The position numbers were made by a program, and so were the translations under genes. This document shows, piece by piece, positions 18,036 to 26,452 of a stretch of 40,108 nt of DNA; the stretch's first letter is position 1; each line of letters opens with the position of its first letter. Below the pieces are notes generated by a model that did not search any database, was not told where the DNA came from, and worked only from the letters and a program-made list of their open reading frames with translations. This DNA comes from a virus (lineage: Duplodnaviria > Caudoviricetes): positions 1 to 40,108 of IMG/VR virus record IMGVR_UViG_3300043103_000273. One strand, given 5' to 3'.

Positions 18036-20975
18036 ATGGGCGGCAAAACCACCACCATCGCCAGCGAAGAGCCGCGCCTGGGCAACCTGCGCGTGCAGAC
18101 CTCCATGTACGGCCTCACCGTGCCCTGGGTGCACGGGCAGACGCAGATGGTGGGCAACTTGGTCTGGTTTGGAAACTTCCAGGCCATCCCCATCACCAGC
18201 ACCAGCAGCTCAGGCGGCAAAGGCGGCGGTGGTGTGCAGCAGGTCGACACCAAATATGAATACAAGGCCGCGGCCATCATGGCGCTGTCCAGTGGCCCGG
18301 TGGTGGCAGTGCCCAAAGTCTGGAAGGGCAAGCAGGTGTACAACAGCTTGTCTGCGGCGGGCCTGTCGCTCGCGCAAGGCCAGATTGGGCAGGCAGTGTG
18401 GCCGTGGCTGCAGTCCAGCGCAGGCGCGCAGGCCATCGCCTACAGCGGCCTGGCTTATGTGTATGCAGAAGCTTATCCTCTGACCAATCAGGCGGAGGTA
18501 GAAAATCATCGTTTCGAAATTAGCACCGGGCACAGTGTGGGCTCGGGTGTGCTAGATGTGTGGGTGGATGACATCCTGCGCGACTTCTTGGTGCTCGATC
18601 GCGCCAATGCCGGTTGGAGCCTGGACAAGCTCGCGCCCATGACTGCGCTCACCAACTATGTGCGCGCGCGCCAGCTGTGGCTTAGCGTTGCGTTAACCGA
18701 GCAAAAGCCCGCGCGCGATTGGATGGAGGGCTTTGCCCAGATCTGCAATGCCGAGTGGACCATGCAAGGCGGCCTGCTAGACCTGGTGCCCCGCGGCGAC
18801 GAGGCCATCACCAGCACCTATGGCACCTACACGCCCAACACCACGCCCGTGTTTGACCTGGCCCATGGCGAGGGCGGCGATCTGCTGGGGCCGGTAGAGA
18901 TTGAGCCGCGCGTCAACGAGGACGCATCCAACATCATCAAGCTGGAGTGGACCCACCGCGCCAACAATTATCAGATCGAGGTGATGACGGCCACCGATGC
19001 CGCCCACATCGAGCTCTTTGGCGAGCGCGCGCGTGATGTGATCCGCATGCACGAGATCCATGACGCCGCCGTGGCGCAAAGCGTGGCGCAGCAGATACTG
19101 CAGCGCGAGATGACGGTGTGGAACAAATACAAATTCAAAGTGCCTTTCACCCGCGCGCTGATCGGCTTGATGGACCTGGTTACGCTTACCGATGCTGACA
19201 GCGACCTGGAGCGCACACCGGTGCGCATCCTGAGCCGCGAGGAGGCAGGGGACCTGCAATACACCTACACCGCCGAAGACGCGCCTATTGGCAGCTCTAG
19301 CGCGCCCACCTATGGCCAGCAAGTGGGCAGCGGCTTTGGGCATGACTACAATGCCGCGCCCGGCAATGTGGTCGCGCCGGTCATCTTTGAAGCGCCCACC
19401 GAGCGCACCAGCACCGGCCTGGAGGTCTATGCCGCCGTCACCGGCGCTGGCGCGCTCTGGGGCGGCTGCCGCGTCTGGGTCAGCCTGGACGGCCTGAACT
19501 ACAGAGACACAGGCCGCTTGTACGGCGGCTCTCGCTACGGCACCCTCACCGCCGCCATGGGCACCACCGGCAACGCAGCGGTGCAGCTGGTAGGGCAGGG
19601 GGGCCAAATGCTCTCGGGCAGCAGCCAAGACGCTGCCGCGCTGTCCACCCTGTGCTGGGCTGCGGGTGTCTCGGGCGGTGAGTACTTTGCGTATGAGACG
19701 GCGCTGCTTACCGCGCCCAACGCTTACACCCTGAGCAGCCTGGTGCGTGGTGCGTACCAGAATCTGGTCCAGACGCATGCATCAGCCGCCGCTTTTGTGC
19801 GCATCGACGACGCCATCGCCACCAGCGGGCCGCTCACCGATGAGATGATCGGTCAGGCCATCAGCTTTAAATTCACGAGCTTCAACGTGTATGGGGGTGG
19901 CGAGCAATCGCTGGCCGATGTGTCGGCCTACAGCTACACCGTCACCGGCGATCAGCTCAAACTGCCGCCCAGACCGTTTGATACCTTCAACGTGCGCGCC
20001 CAGCCTGATGGCACGCGCCAGTTCAATTTTTCCTATACCGGCACACCACCACCGGACTGGAAGGGCGCAGAGATCCGCTTCACGACAGACCTGGCCAGCA
20101 CCGACTGGGCCAGCATGCAGCGCCTGCAGGACTTCCCCACCTTCTACACCAACAGCCCGGCCGAGACCAATGCGCCCATCCAGGGCAGCTACCGCTTCGC
20201 CTGTCGCAGCATCGACCGTTTTGATGCGCTAAGCACCGCGCTGTATGTCAACATCACGCTGCCCAAGCGCCGCACCGGCCGCGCCTTTGATGATTTTGAC
20301 GAGCGCTTTGAGGGATGGCTCGGCACCCTGGGCAGCATGACGGAGCTGCCCACGCCCGCCGGCAGCACCCTGCTGGAGGCCACTGACAGCACCACCTGGG
20401 CCACCACGCCCGCCACCTGGGATGCCTGGGCACGCTGGAACCTCACCCCCGCCAGCCCTTGCAGCTACACCACGCCCGTGCGCGATCTTGGCATTGAGCT
20501 GGCGGGCCAGGTGGATAGCAGCTTGCTCGATGTAGATGGCTTTTATCTGCTGGAGCTGCGCACCAGCTCAGATGGCGTGACCTACAGCGCCTGGGGCGAT
20601 GCTGCCACCGCATTCACCGCGCGCTATGTGCAGCTGCGCATCACCTTCACCGCCACGCTAGCGCAGCCTGTGCCCGCCCTGCGGGACTGGGCCTACATCG
20701 TGAGCGCCGATATCAAAGAGGAGTACTACAACGATATTGACATCGCCACCGATGCGCGCGTCACCGTGATTGCCGTAGGCGATGTGCGCTCGCCGGTGGC
20801 GCTTAATTTTGGCTTTATCCGTGAGGCCCATGTAGTAATCCAAGACACACGCAGCGGCTGGAATGCGCCCACGCTGCTCGACCGAGACCCCGTGCTGGGG
20901 CCCCGCTGGCAGTTTCGCCTGAACGGTGTGCTCACCAACCCGGCGCTTGTTGATTTTATAAATAGAGGAGTTTAA
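18036..20975 (+). CDS. Central tail tip / host specificity protein (J-like)
   Basis: 'LRVQTSMYGLTVPWVHG', 'SGGKGGG', 'FKFTSFNVYG'; 979 aa at the end of the tail-tip module. Confidence 0.88.
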   Translation: MGGKTTTIASEEPRLGNLRVQTSMYGLTVPWVHGQTQMVGNLVWFGNFQAIPITSTSSSGGKGGGGVQQVDTKYEYKAAAIMALSSGPVVAVPKVWKGKQVYNSLSAAGLSLAQGQIGQAVWPWLQSSAGAQAIAYSGLAYVYAEAYPLTNQAEVENHRFEISTGHSVGSGVLDVWVDDILRDFLVLDRANAGWSLDKLAPMTALTNYVRARQLWLSVALTEQKPARDWMEGFAQICNAEWTMQGGLLDLVPRGDEAITSTYGTYTPNTTPVFDLAHGEGGDLLGPVEIEPRVNEDASNIIKLEWTHRANNYQIEVMTATDAAHIELFGERARDVIRMHEIHDAAVAQSVAQQILQREMTVWNKYKFKVPFTRALIGLMDLVTLTDADSDLERTPVRILSREEAGDLQYTYTAEDAPIGSSSAPTYGQQVGSGFGHDYNAAPGNVVAPVIFEAPTERTSTGLEVYAAVTGAGALWGGCRVWVSLDGLNYRDTGRLYGGSRYGTLTAAMGTTGNAAVQLVGQGGQMLSGSSQDAAALSTLCWAAGVSGGEYFAYETALLTAPNAYTLSSLVRGAYQNLVQTHASAAAFVRIDDAIATSGPLTDEMIGQAISFKFTSFNVYGGGEQSLADVSAYSYTVTGDQLKLPPRPFDTFNVRAQPDGTRQFNFSYTGTPPPDWKGAEIRFTTDLASTDWASMQRLQDFPTFYTNSPAETNAPIQGSYRFACRSIDRFDALSTALYVNITLPKRRTGRAFDDFDERFEGWLGTLGSMTELPTPAGSTLLEATDSTTWATTPATWDAWARWNLTPASPCSYTTPVRDLGIELAGQVDSSLLDVDGFYLLELRTSSDGVTYSAWGDAATAFTARYVQLRITFTATLAQPVPALRDWAYIVSADIKEEYYNDIDIATDARVTVIAVGDVRSPVALNFGFIREAHVVIQDTRSGWNAPTLLDRDPVLGPRWQFRLNGVLTNPALVDFINRGV

Positions 20976-20977
20976 AT

Positions 20978-22096
20978 ATGACGTGGCCAGCTTCAAACAC
21001 CAACACGACCAATGTCGATGCGGGAACGGATTCGCCTGCTTTGGCGCGCGCTGACATTCTTGATGCGCTTCAAAAGTTGAATCAAATCATCGGGCATGTA
21101 AGCCCGTTTATGCAGGGCGTGCTTGATGAAACCACTGATGTGCTGTACAGCCGCGCAGCATTGGCCAAGCCGCTTGTCAATACGTGGGCAACGCGCACAT
21201 CAGCCGCTGATAATAGTTGGCAAAGTGTTTGCTGGTCTCCTGATCTCGCTTTGTTCGTAGCAGTATCCTCATCAGGTACAGGCAACCGCGTAATGACGAG
21301 CCCAGACGGCATTACCTGGACAATACGAACATCCGCCGCTGATACTAATTGGCAAAGTGTTTGCTGGTCTCCTGATCTCGCTTTGTTCGTAGCGGTGGGT
21401 TTTAGCGGCCTCTTTGACCTCGTGATGACGAGTCCCAATGGTATTACCTGGACATCTCGCACATCAGCCGCTGATAATAGTTGGCAAAGTGTTTGCTGGT
21501 CTCCTGATCTCGCTTTGTTCGTAGCAGTATCCTCATCAGGTACAGGCAACCGCGTAATGACGAGCTCAGACGGCATTGCCTGGACATCGCGCACATCAGC
21601 CGCTGATAATGATTGGCAAAGTGTTTGCTGGTCTCGTGAGCGCGGCTTGTTTGTAGCGGTGGCATACAGCGGCACAGGCAACCGCGTGATGACGAGCCCA
21701 GATGGTATTACTTGGACAATACGAACATCCGCCGCTGATGGCGGTTGGCAAAGTGTTTGCTGGTCTCCTGAGCGCGGTTTGTTTGTAGCAGTGGCCGACG
21801 ACTTCACAGCCAACCGCGTGATGACGAGCCCAGATGGTATTACTTGGACATCTCGCACAGCAGCATCTACAAGCGCTTGGCAAAGCGTTTGCTGGTCTCT
21901 TGAAACTGGTTTGTTCGTGGCGGTGGCGTTTAATGGTACAGGCGTGATGACGAGCCCAGACGGTATTACCTGGACATCTCGCACAGCAGCATCTGCAACC
22001 GCTTGGCAAAGCGTTTACTGGTCTCCTGAGCGCGGCTTATTCGTGGCTGTAGCTACTACAGGTACAAACAACCGCGTGATGACCTCTTTGTTATAG
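20978..22096 (+). CDS. Tail fibre / receptor-binding protein with Asp-box (BNR) beta-propeller
   Basis: About 70-aa N-terminal anchor, then 7 repeats of ~43 aa (WQSVCWSP..LFVAV...VMTSPDGITW). Confidence 0.85.
   Translation: MTWPASNTNTTNVDAGTDSPALARADILDALQKLNQIIGHVSPFMQGVLDETTDVLYSRAALAKPLVNTWATRTSAADNSWQSVCWSPDLALFVAVSSSGTGNRVMTSPDGITWTIRTSAADTNWQSVCWSPDLALFVAVGFSGLFDLVMTSPNGITWTSRTSAADNSWQSVCWSPDLALFVAVSSSGTGNRVMTSSDGIAWTSRTSAADNDWQSVCWSRERGLFVAVAYSGTGNRVMTSPDGITWTIRTSAADGGWQSVCWSPERGLFVAVADDFTANRVMTSPDGITWTSRTAASTSAWQSVCWSLETGLFVAVAFNGTGVMTSPDGITWTSRTAASATAWQSVYWSPERGLFVAVATTGTNNRVMTSLL
21185..22085 (+). repeat. ~129-bp tandem repeat, 7 copies, in the fibre gene
   Basis: TGGCAAAG(T/C)GTTT(G/A)CTGGTCTC recurs at about 129-bp spacing. 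Confidence 0.92.
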
Positions 22097-22127
22097 CGGT
22101 CATGGACTGCGCAATCCAACTCCAAGT

Positions 22128-22151
22128 AGCCGCCCCAGAGCGGCTTTTTTT
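22128..22151 (+). terminator. Rho-independent terminator after the tail module
   Basis: AGCCGC-CCCAGA-GCGGCT followed by a T-run. Confidence 0.8.
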
Positions 22152-22175
22152 ACGTCCATAAACCCCAGGAGTCTC

Positions 22176-22475
22176 ATGACAGAACACATCAACAACCTTT
22201 GGAATTCCTTCGCTGTAGGGATCATGAAAATGCTCCCGCAGATTTTTATAGCTTGGACAATCGCCCTCGGTACAGCAGGCTTTTTTATTTACGAGAGCAC
22301 CCATAAATTGCTGCTGTTGAACGAACTTCACACGACCGAAATCAAAGAATTAAAAACAGAGCTAAAGCATGTCAAAGCAGAGCTGGTGAAACGGGAGCAG
22401 CTGGTAGACCTTATTGAGCTGACCCTTCTCAAATCACTGAGAGCACCACAAGATAACCCAAGGAAGGCACCATAA
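22176..22475 (+). CDS. Single-TM coiled-coil protein, putative holin or antiholin
   Basis: AGGAG RBS; one hydrophobic helix then coiled coil; directly before the endolysin. Confidence 0.55.
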   Translation: MTEHINNLWNSFAVGIMKMLPQIFIAWTIALGTAGFFIYESTHKLLLLNELHTTEIKELKTELKHVKAELVKREQLVDLIELTLLKSLRAPQDNPRKAP

Positions 22476-22477
22476 AA

Positions 22478-22933
22478 ATGCAACTATCACCCCACTTCAC
22501 CCTAGCCGAACTCACAGCCAGCAACAAAGCAGCAGCGCTGAAAATTGACAACACGCCTGCGCCTGAGCTATTGCCCCGCCTTGTATTGCTGGCCGAATTG
22601 TTGGAGCGCATCCGCACCACGCTAGGGGTGCCCGTCATGGTGACAAGCGGCTACCGATGCCAACGGCTCAATCGTGCCGTGGGCGGCGTGACCAGCAGCG
22701 ACCACACCCAGGGCTATGCCGCTGACATTGTGGCCCCGGCCTTTGGTACGCCTGCGCAAGTCGCGGCAAAGCTGGCCCCGCTGGTGAGTGAGTTGGGTAT
22801 CGGGCAGCTCATCCTGGAGGGCATCAAAGGTAAGCATTGGGTACATGTGGCCACCGACCCGCCCGAGATGGCCATGAACCGCATTTTGACCATCACCGAC
22901 GCGGGGGTTTTTGTGGGCATAGCGCAAGCATGA
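22478..22933 (+). CDS. Endolysin, peptidase M15A family
   Basis: 'LSPHFTLAEL', 'TSGYRC..LN..VGG...SDH..G.AAD', 'WVHV' zinc ligands. Confidence 0.92.
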   Translation: MQLSPHFTLAELTASNKAAALKIDNTPAPELLPRLVLLAELLERIRTTLGVPVMVTSGYRCQRLNRAVGGVTSSDHTQGYAADIVAPAFGTPAQVAAKLAPLVSELGIGQLILEGIKGKHWVHVATDPPEMAMNRILTITDAGVFVGIAQA

Positions 22934-23178
22934 AAATCTTCGACCTGGTGACAAGCAAAGACGGCAGCTTGTCGCTCACAAAGCTGGCCGCGTCGACGTT
23001 CCACTTTGCTCTGGCCGTGTGGGTGTCTGTGACTACGTACAAAGTTGGGTTTGATCTTGCTATCTGGGCTATGTACGGCGGCTTTGCCGTGGGGCATGCG
23101 GGCTATGACAAAACCATGGCTGTGGTCGCAAATTTTCAAAACAAAAAATTAGACAAAAATGATTCTGTTATTTCTTGA
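22930..23178 (+). CDS. Putative holin, 82 aa with 2 TM segments
   Basis: ATGA overlap with the endolysin; 'DGSLSLTK', two hydrophobic segments, charged C-terminal tail. Confidence 0.7.
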   Translation: MKIFDLVTSKDGSLSLTKLAASTFHFALAVWVSVTTYKVGFDLAIWAMYGGFAVGHAGYDKTMAVVANFQNKKLDKNDSVIS

Positions 23179-23190
23179 ACCGAGGCTTGC

Positions 23191-23718
23191 ATGACCAACA
23201 TTATTCTCAAGATCGGTGCCGTGGCCGCGCTGCTGGCCGCACTGTTTTTTGCAGAGCAGTACATCGAGCGTCTCGGGTACGACCGCGCGATGTTGCAGGC
23301 GCAGGCGCAGATTGAGGGCTCCAAGCGGGCCGCTGCAGATAGCCTGGCGCAAGAGATTGAGAAAACCCGCAGGGCTGAGCAGGCGCTGCATGACGCTAAA
23401 AACAACCAGGAGCTTAAAGATGCTACGTATCAAAAAACTGTGTCTGACCTGTCTGATCGCCTTCGCCGCGTTGCTGGCCCTGCTGGGCGGCTGCGCGACC
23501 CGCACGCCGCCGTTGGATGTGGGCCAAGTGGTGGTTGCCCCACGGGTAGCGCTGCCCCCGCCGCCGGTGGTGGTGCAGCAGACTCAGCCCAAGCCGGTGG
23601 GCTACTTTCAGCGCAGCTTGATCGATTACTTCAGCAGCTCACCCGCGAGGCAGACGACATCAACATCGCCTACGCCAGCTGCCGTGCAGACGCCTACACA
23701 GTGAGAGAGCCGCACTGA
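23191..23718 (+). CDS. Rz: Inner-membrane spanin (Rz-like)
   Basis: N-terminal TM, coiled coil, C-terminal 'READ...C..'. Confidence 0.85.
   Translation: MTNIILKIGAVAALLAALFFAEQYIERLGYDRAMLQAQAQIEGSKRAAADSLAQEIEKTRRAEQALHDAKNNQELKDATYQKTVSDLSDRLRRVAGPAGRLRDPHAAVGCGPSGGCPTGSAAPAAGGGAADSAQAGGLLSAQLDRLLQQLTREADDINIAYASCRADAYTVREPH
23420..23704 (+). CDS. Rz1: Outer-membrane lipoprotein spanin (Rz1-like), fully embedded in the +1 frame of Rz
   Basis: CAGGAG RBS, ATG 23420, signal MLRIKK...LLALLGG-C lipobox, Pro-rich mature part. Confidence 0.85.
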   Translation: MLRIKKLCLTCLIAFAALLALLGGCATRTPPLDVGQVVVAPRVALPPPPVVVQQTQPKPVGYFQRSLIDYFSSSPARQTTSTSPTPAAVQTPTQ

Positions 23719-23758
23719 CCATTTGCAGTTGCCCCCTGCCGTGCACTCCCACGGCCTT

Positions 23759-23796
23759 AAGCCCTCCATCCCTCACGGGGTGGGGGGCTTTTTTTT
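23759..23796 (+). terminator. Rho-independent terminator ending the late operon
   Basis: AAGCCCTCCATCC...GGGTGGGGGGCTT followed by a T-run. Confidence 0.8.
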
Positions 23797-23864
23797 GTCC
23801 AAAAATTGATGGTAGCGTTTATGGTATTTGCGTTTTATCTGTTTGATTTATAAGAGATTTTTAC

Positions 23865-23881
23865 TCCCACCTTCTCCGCCA
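23865..23881 (+). mobile_element. attP: attP core: 3' end of a tRNA, probably tRNA-Ser
   Basis: TCCCAC-CTTCTCC-G-CCA matches T-stem 3' strand, acceptor 3' strand, G discriminator and CCA; about 160 bp upstream of the integrase and followed by a terminator. Confidence 0.8.
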
Positions 23882-23901
23882 AGATCAATCTATGGCAATC
23901 C

Positions 23902-23937
23902 AAAAAAGCCCCGCACAGTCTCTGTGTCGGGGCTTTT
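23902..23937. terminator. Bidirectional terminator after the attP core
   Basis: AAAAAAGCCCCG...CGGGGCTTTT. Confidence 0.8.
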
Positions 23938-24041
23938 CCATTGGGCAATTAGTCCATAATCGTCCATGAAAGACTGTGACGATACCACCCCAGCCAAGCG
24001 CTATTTATGGTATCGGGCATGGTATTACATCGGGCGATACC

Positions 24042-25208
24042 ATGACTCTGACAGTGAAGACAATCGAGGGCGCAAAGCCCAGGGACAAGGGCTACAAGCT
24101 GGCTGACAGTGCGGGTCTGTACCTGTACGTCAGCCCGGCGGGCGGCAAGAGCTGGCGGGCCAACTACTTGCGCTTTGGTAAGCAGGCCACGCGCACCTAT
24201 GGCCGGTGGCCAGCTATGAGCTTAGCAGATGCCCGCAAGGCCCATGTTGCATCCCGTGAGCCAGGTGTAAAGGGATCCTTGACACCTGCTGCGCCCACCT
24301 TTGGATCCGTGGCCCGCGCCTGGCTCAAGCTTAAGCTACCCACGCTGTCCAATGGCAAACATCAAATCCAAGTCGAGAACACACTGGAGCGCTTCGCCCT
24401 TCCCGCCCTGGGGCCGCGCCCCATCGATACTTTGCGCCGTGCCGAGCTGGTGGCCGTGGTGCAGGCGGTGCAGGTGGGTGAGCGCATAGAGACGGCGCAC
24501 CGGGTGGCCGGGCGCATCACGGCGGTGTTTGACTACGCCCAAGATGCGGGCCTGATTGAGAGTCACCCAGCGGCGGGCCTGGTGCGGGTGTTGCAGTCCC
24601 GCAAGGTGAAAAAGCCCATGGCCAGCATTGCGGTGCAAGAGGCTGGAGCATTGCTGCGCAGGATAGACGACTACAACGAGCCCGTAACCCGCTTGGGCCT
24701 GCTGCTACTGGCGCACACCTTTGTGCGCGTGGGTGAGTTGCGCGGTATGCGCTGGAGCGAGTTAAAAGAGGACGGCGCTATTTGGGTAGTGCCCGCAGAG
24801 CGCATGAAGTTGCGCCTGCCCCACGTGGTGCCCCTGTGTGCCTCTGCACAGGCCTTGCTTGCAGAGCTGCGCCGCATCAATGGCGAGTGTGAGTACGTGC
24901 TGGAGTCGCCCATCCGGCCCAGGCACCCGGTCTCTGAAAATACTTTTTTGTTTGCCCTGTACCGGCTAGGCTACCGGGGGCGCATGACGGCGCATGGGTT
25001 TAGATCGCTGGCCAGCACGGTGCTCAATGAACACTCGGGCTTTGCGCATGACGTGATTGAGCGCCAGCTGGCACATAAAGAAACCGACGCGGTGCGCGCG
25101 GCCTACAACCGCGCTGAATATTTGCCACAGCGGCGCGACCTCATGCGCTGGTGGGGGGCCTGGCTGGCTGGGCAGCGTGAAGCAAGTCAGATACCCGCCA
25201 GCGCTTGA
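24042..25208 (+). CDS. int: Tyrosine integrase, P4-like with arm-binding domain
   Basis: 'KLADSAGLYLYV...KSW', catalytic R (FVRVGEL), K (RMK), HGFR, LAH, Y (AAYNR); ATG 24042. Confidence 0.96.
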   Translation: MTLTVKTIEGAKPRDKGYKLADSAGLYLYVSPAGGKSWRANYLRFGKQATRTYGRWPAMSLADARKAHVASREPGVKGSLTPAAPTFGSVARAWLKLKLPTLSNGKHQIQVENTLERFALPALGPRPIDTLRRAELVAVVQAVQVGERIETAHRVAGRITAVFDYAQDAGLIESHPAAGLVRVLQSRKVKKPMASIAVQEAGALLRRIDDYNEPVTRLGLLLLAHTFVRVGELRGMRWSELKEDGAIWVVPAERMKLRLPHVVPLCASAQALLAELRRINGECEYVLESPIRPRHPVSENTFLFALYRLGYRGRMTAHGFRSLASTVLNEHSGFAHDVIERQLAHKETDAVRAAYNRAEYLPQRRDLMRWWGAWLAGQREASQIPASA

Positions 25209-25362
25209 GCCCGCCTATTTCTACGGCTTTTGGGATATTGCCGTTTTTCAGCTCACGCCAAAATGTGGACTTGCCCATGCTCAATAGCGCGGCGGCTTCT
25301 GCTGCCGGGACTAAGATTTTCTCGGATGGTGGTATTTTTTGGGTCATTTCGCAACTTTTCAT
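25141..25362 (-). CDS. AlpA-family excisionase
   Basis: 'AAALLSMGKSTFW...G.IPK...IGG..RWRVSDL'; convergent overlap with int. Confidence 0.85.
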   Translation of the reverse strand: MKSCEMTQKIPPSEKILVPAAEAAALLSMGKSTFWRELKNGNIPKAVEIGGLKRWRVSDLLHAAQPARPPTSA

Positions 25363-25463
25363 AAATTACTGTCTCTTTTCTTGCAGCCTTTGCCGCTACT
25401 TTTATTGCAGCAAGCCACGGCTAATGCGTGAGACTTGCGAGTGTTTTTAGTGTTTTTTGACAT
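25359..25463 (-). CDS. 34-aa ORF MSKNTKNTRKSHALAVACC..., starting inside an attC-like loop
   Basis: ATG 25463 with GGA upstream; its TGA overlaps the alpA ATG (ATGA). Confidence 0.35.
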   Translation of the reverse strand: MSKNTKNTRKSHALAVACCNKSSGKGCKKRDSNL

Positions 25464-25504
25464 GGTTTTTCCGGTGTTATCCGACGGTCTATATCGCGTT
25501 AGAG
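25419..25504 (+). mobile_element. attC-like site 0 (degenerate)
   Basis: GGCTAAT GCGTGAGAC ... GTCTATATCGC GTTAGAG imperfect hairpin; its R' pairs with the R'' of the next site. Confidence 0.5.
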
Positions 25505-25710
25505 CGCGCGCGAATCATGGTCGCGCAACTTCCAGCTATCCCGACACCAACAAGCAAATCATCAATGGTATGCGTATCACACACATTCGCACACGCCTCG
25601 CGCTCCCTTGCCACCGCAGCAGCAATCAACTGCTGCAAGTCGGCATGACTCACAGGTTTACTTTGCCCTAAACTAGCATTCACAATCCTGAGTTCTTCTC
25701 TGAATTTCAC
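25489..25710 (-). CDS. Hypothetical protein (EREACA motif), cassette gene
   Basis: GGAGA RBS with GTG start; 'AVAREREACANVCD...CATMIRAR'; stop lies inside attC0. Confidence 0.75.
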   Translation of the reverse strand: MKFREELRIVNASLGQSKPVSHADLQQLIAAAVAREREACANVCDTHTIDDLLVGVGIAGSCATMIRARSNAI

Positions 25711-25731
25711 AGTCTTCTCCGGTTAAAAGCT

Positions 25732-25785
25732 CTCTAACTCTCTGTCGATTGGATGCCTACGGCACCACTCACAACGGCGTTATGC
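25732..25785 (+). mobile_element. attC-like site 1 (54 bp)
   Basis: CTCTAAC-TCTCT-GTCGATTGGATGCC-TAC-GGCACCACTCAC-AACGGC-GTTATGC, with an unpaired A in the left arm. Confidence 0.7.
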
Positions 25786-26139
25786 CGCACTTAACGCCGC
25801 CGTAGGAGCCATAGCGGCAAGCGCAGTCACCGTCTCGGGGTGGTGCTCCAGCGTGTCTGCGTCTGGGTTCACCATCTTGTTTCTCGGGTCCAGCAATACG
25901 GTCATGCCCCACACCACGCGCCCAAGGCTTGCACGGTCTGTCAGGTCCAAAAGGTAGCGCAACGCACGACCGCATTGCGCGTCGTCGTCGCGGTCAAAAC
26001 TTTCTCTCTCGTCGTCATCTTGCAGGTTCTCAATCGGCTCAGGCATTGCTGGGCTCCAGCGCTGCCCCAGTACATCAAGCGCACTTACCAATTCCATTGC
26101 CATATTCAAATCAGCTTCACTGGCTTTTGCCATCTTCAT
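25780..26139 (-). CDS. Hypothetical protein, cassette gene (MKMAKASEADL...)
   Basis: GGAAGGA RBS before ATG 26139; TAA stop lies inside the R' of attC1. Confidence 0.8.
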   Translation of the reverse strand: MKMAKASEADLNMAMELVSALDVLGQRWSPAMPEPIENLQDDDERESFDRDDDAQCGRALRYLLDLTDRASLGRVVWGMTVLLDPRNKMVNPDADTLEHHPETVTALAAMAPTAALSAA

Positions 26140-26164
26140 GGTGTTTTCCTTCCGCAGCATTGCT

Positions 26165-26223
26165 GCATAACATTTCACTAATGACGGACGTGCTACGCCC
26201 GCCGCATACTTCAGGCGTTAGGT
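26165..26223 (+). mobile_element. attC-like site 2 (59 bp)
   Basis: GCATAAC-ATTTC-ACTAATGACGGACG...CGCCGCATACT-TCAGGC-GTTAGGT; layout matches the classic 59-base element. Confidence 0.8.
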
Positions 26224-26224
26224 T

Positions 26225-26452
26225 TCATGACGTGCATCCAAGACATTCGATGCCGTCTTCAGCTTCGGCGGCAAGATGCCCGAAGGCGTCAGCCTGCGCC
26301 GCAGTAAAAGCCAGCATCTGCGAGTAGCCAGTGGGCGTACCCACCAGCAGCGCGCTTCGGGACGGCGCATCTAACACGTCGCTGCACCGGACCCGCACCA
26401 GCGGGTCGGTGGCGGGCGTCTGTCGGTGGGTATTGGTCATGTCGGTGGTCAT
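26225..26452 (-). CDS. Hypothetical ~75-aa protein starting within the attC3 loop
   Basis: ATG 26452 or 26440; reads across the attC arm (VRVRCSDVL); C-terminal CxxC. Confidence 0.5.
   Translation of the reverse strand: MTTDMTNTHRQTPATDPLVRVRCSDVLDAPSRSALLVGTPTGYSQMLAFTAAQADAFGHLAAEAEDGIECLGCTS

Noticed and set aside
21082-21984. 300-aa minus-strand repeat ORF (likewise 9663-10697, 18777-19778, 36808-37803)
   Set aside because: Antisense shadows of well-supported genes, with no RBS or motifs
20978-22096. Diversity-generating retroelement TR/VR pair
   Set aside because: No reverse transcriptase in the genome; differences are not adenine-specific; all copies are coding blades
23865-23881. 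Intact tRNA gene
   Set aside because: Only the 3' 17 nt are present; the upstream sequence cannot form a cloverleaf
23976-25208. Integrase as the integron IntI for the attC array
   Set aside because: It has a P4-type arm-binding N-terminus and its own attP, and I see no IntI-specific insertion; an HMM check is still advisable
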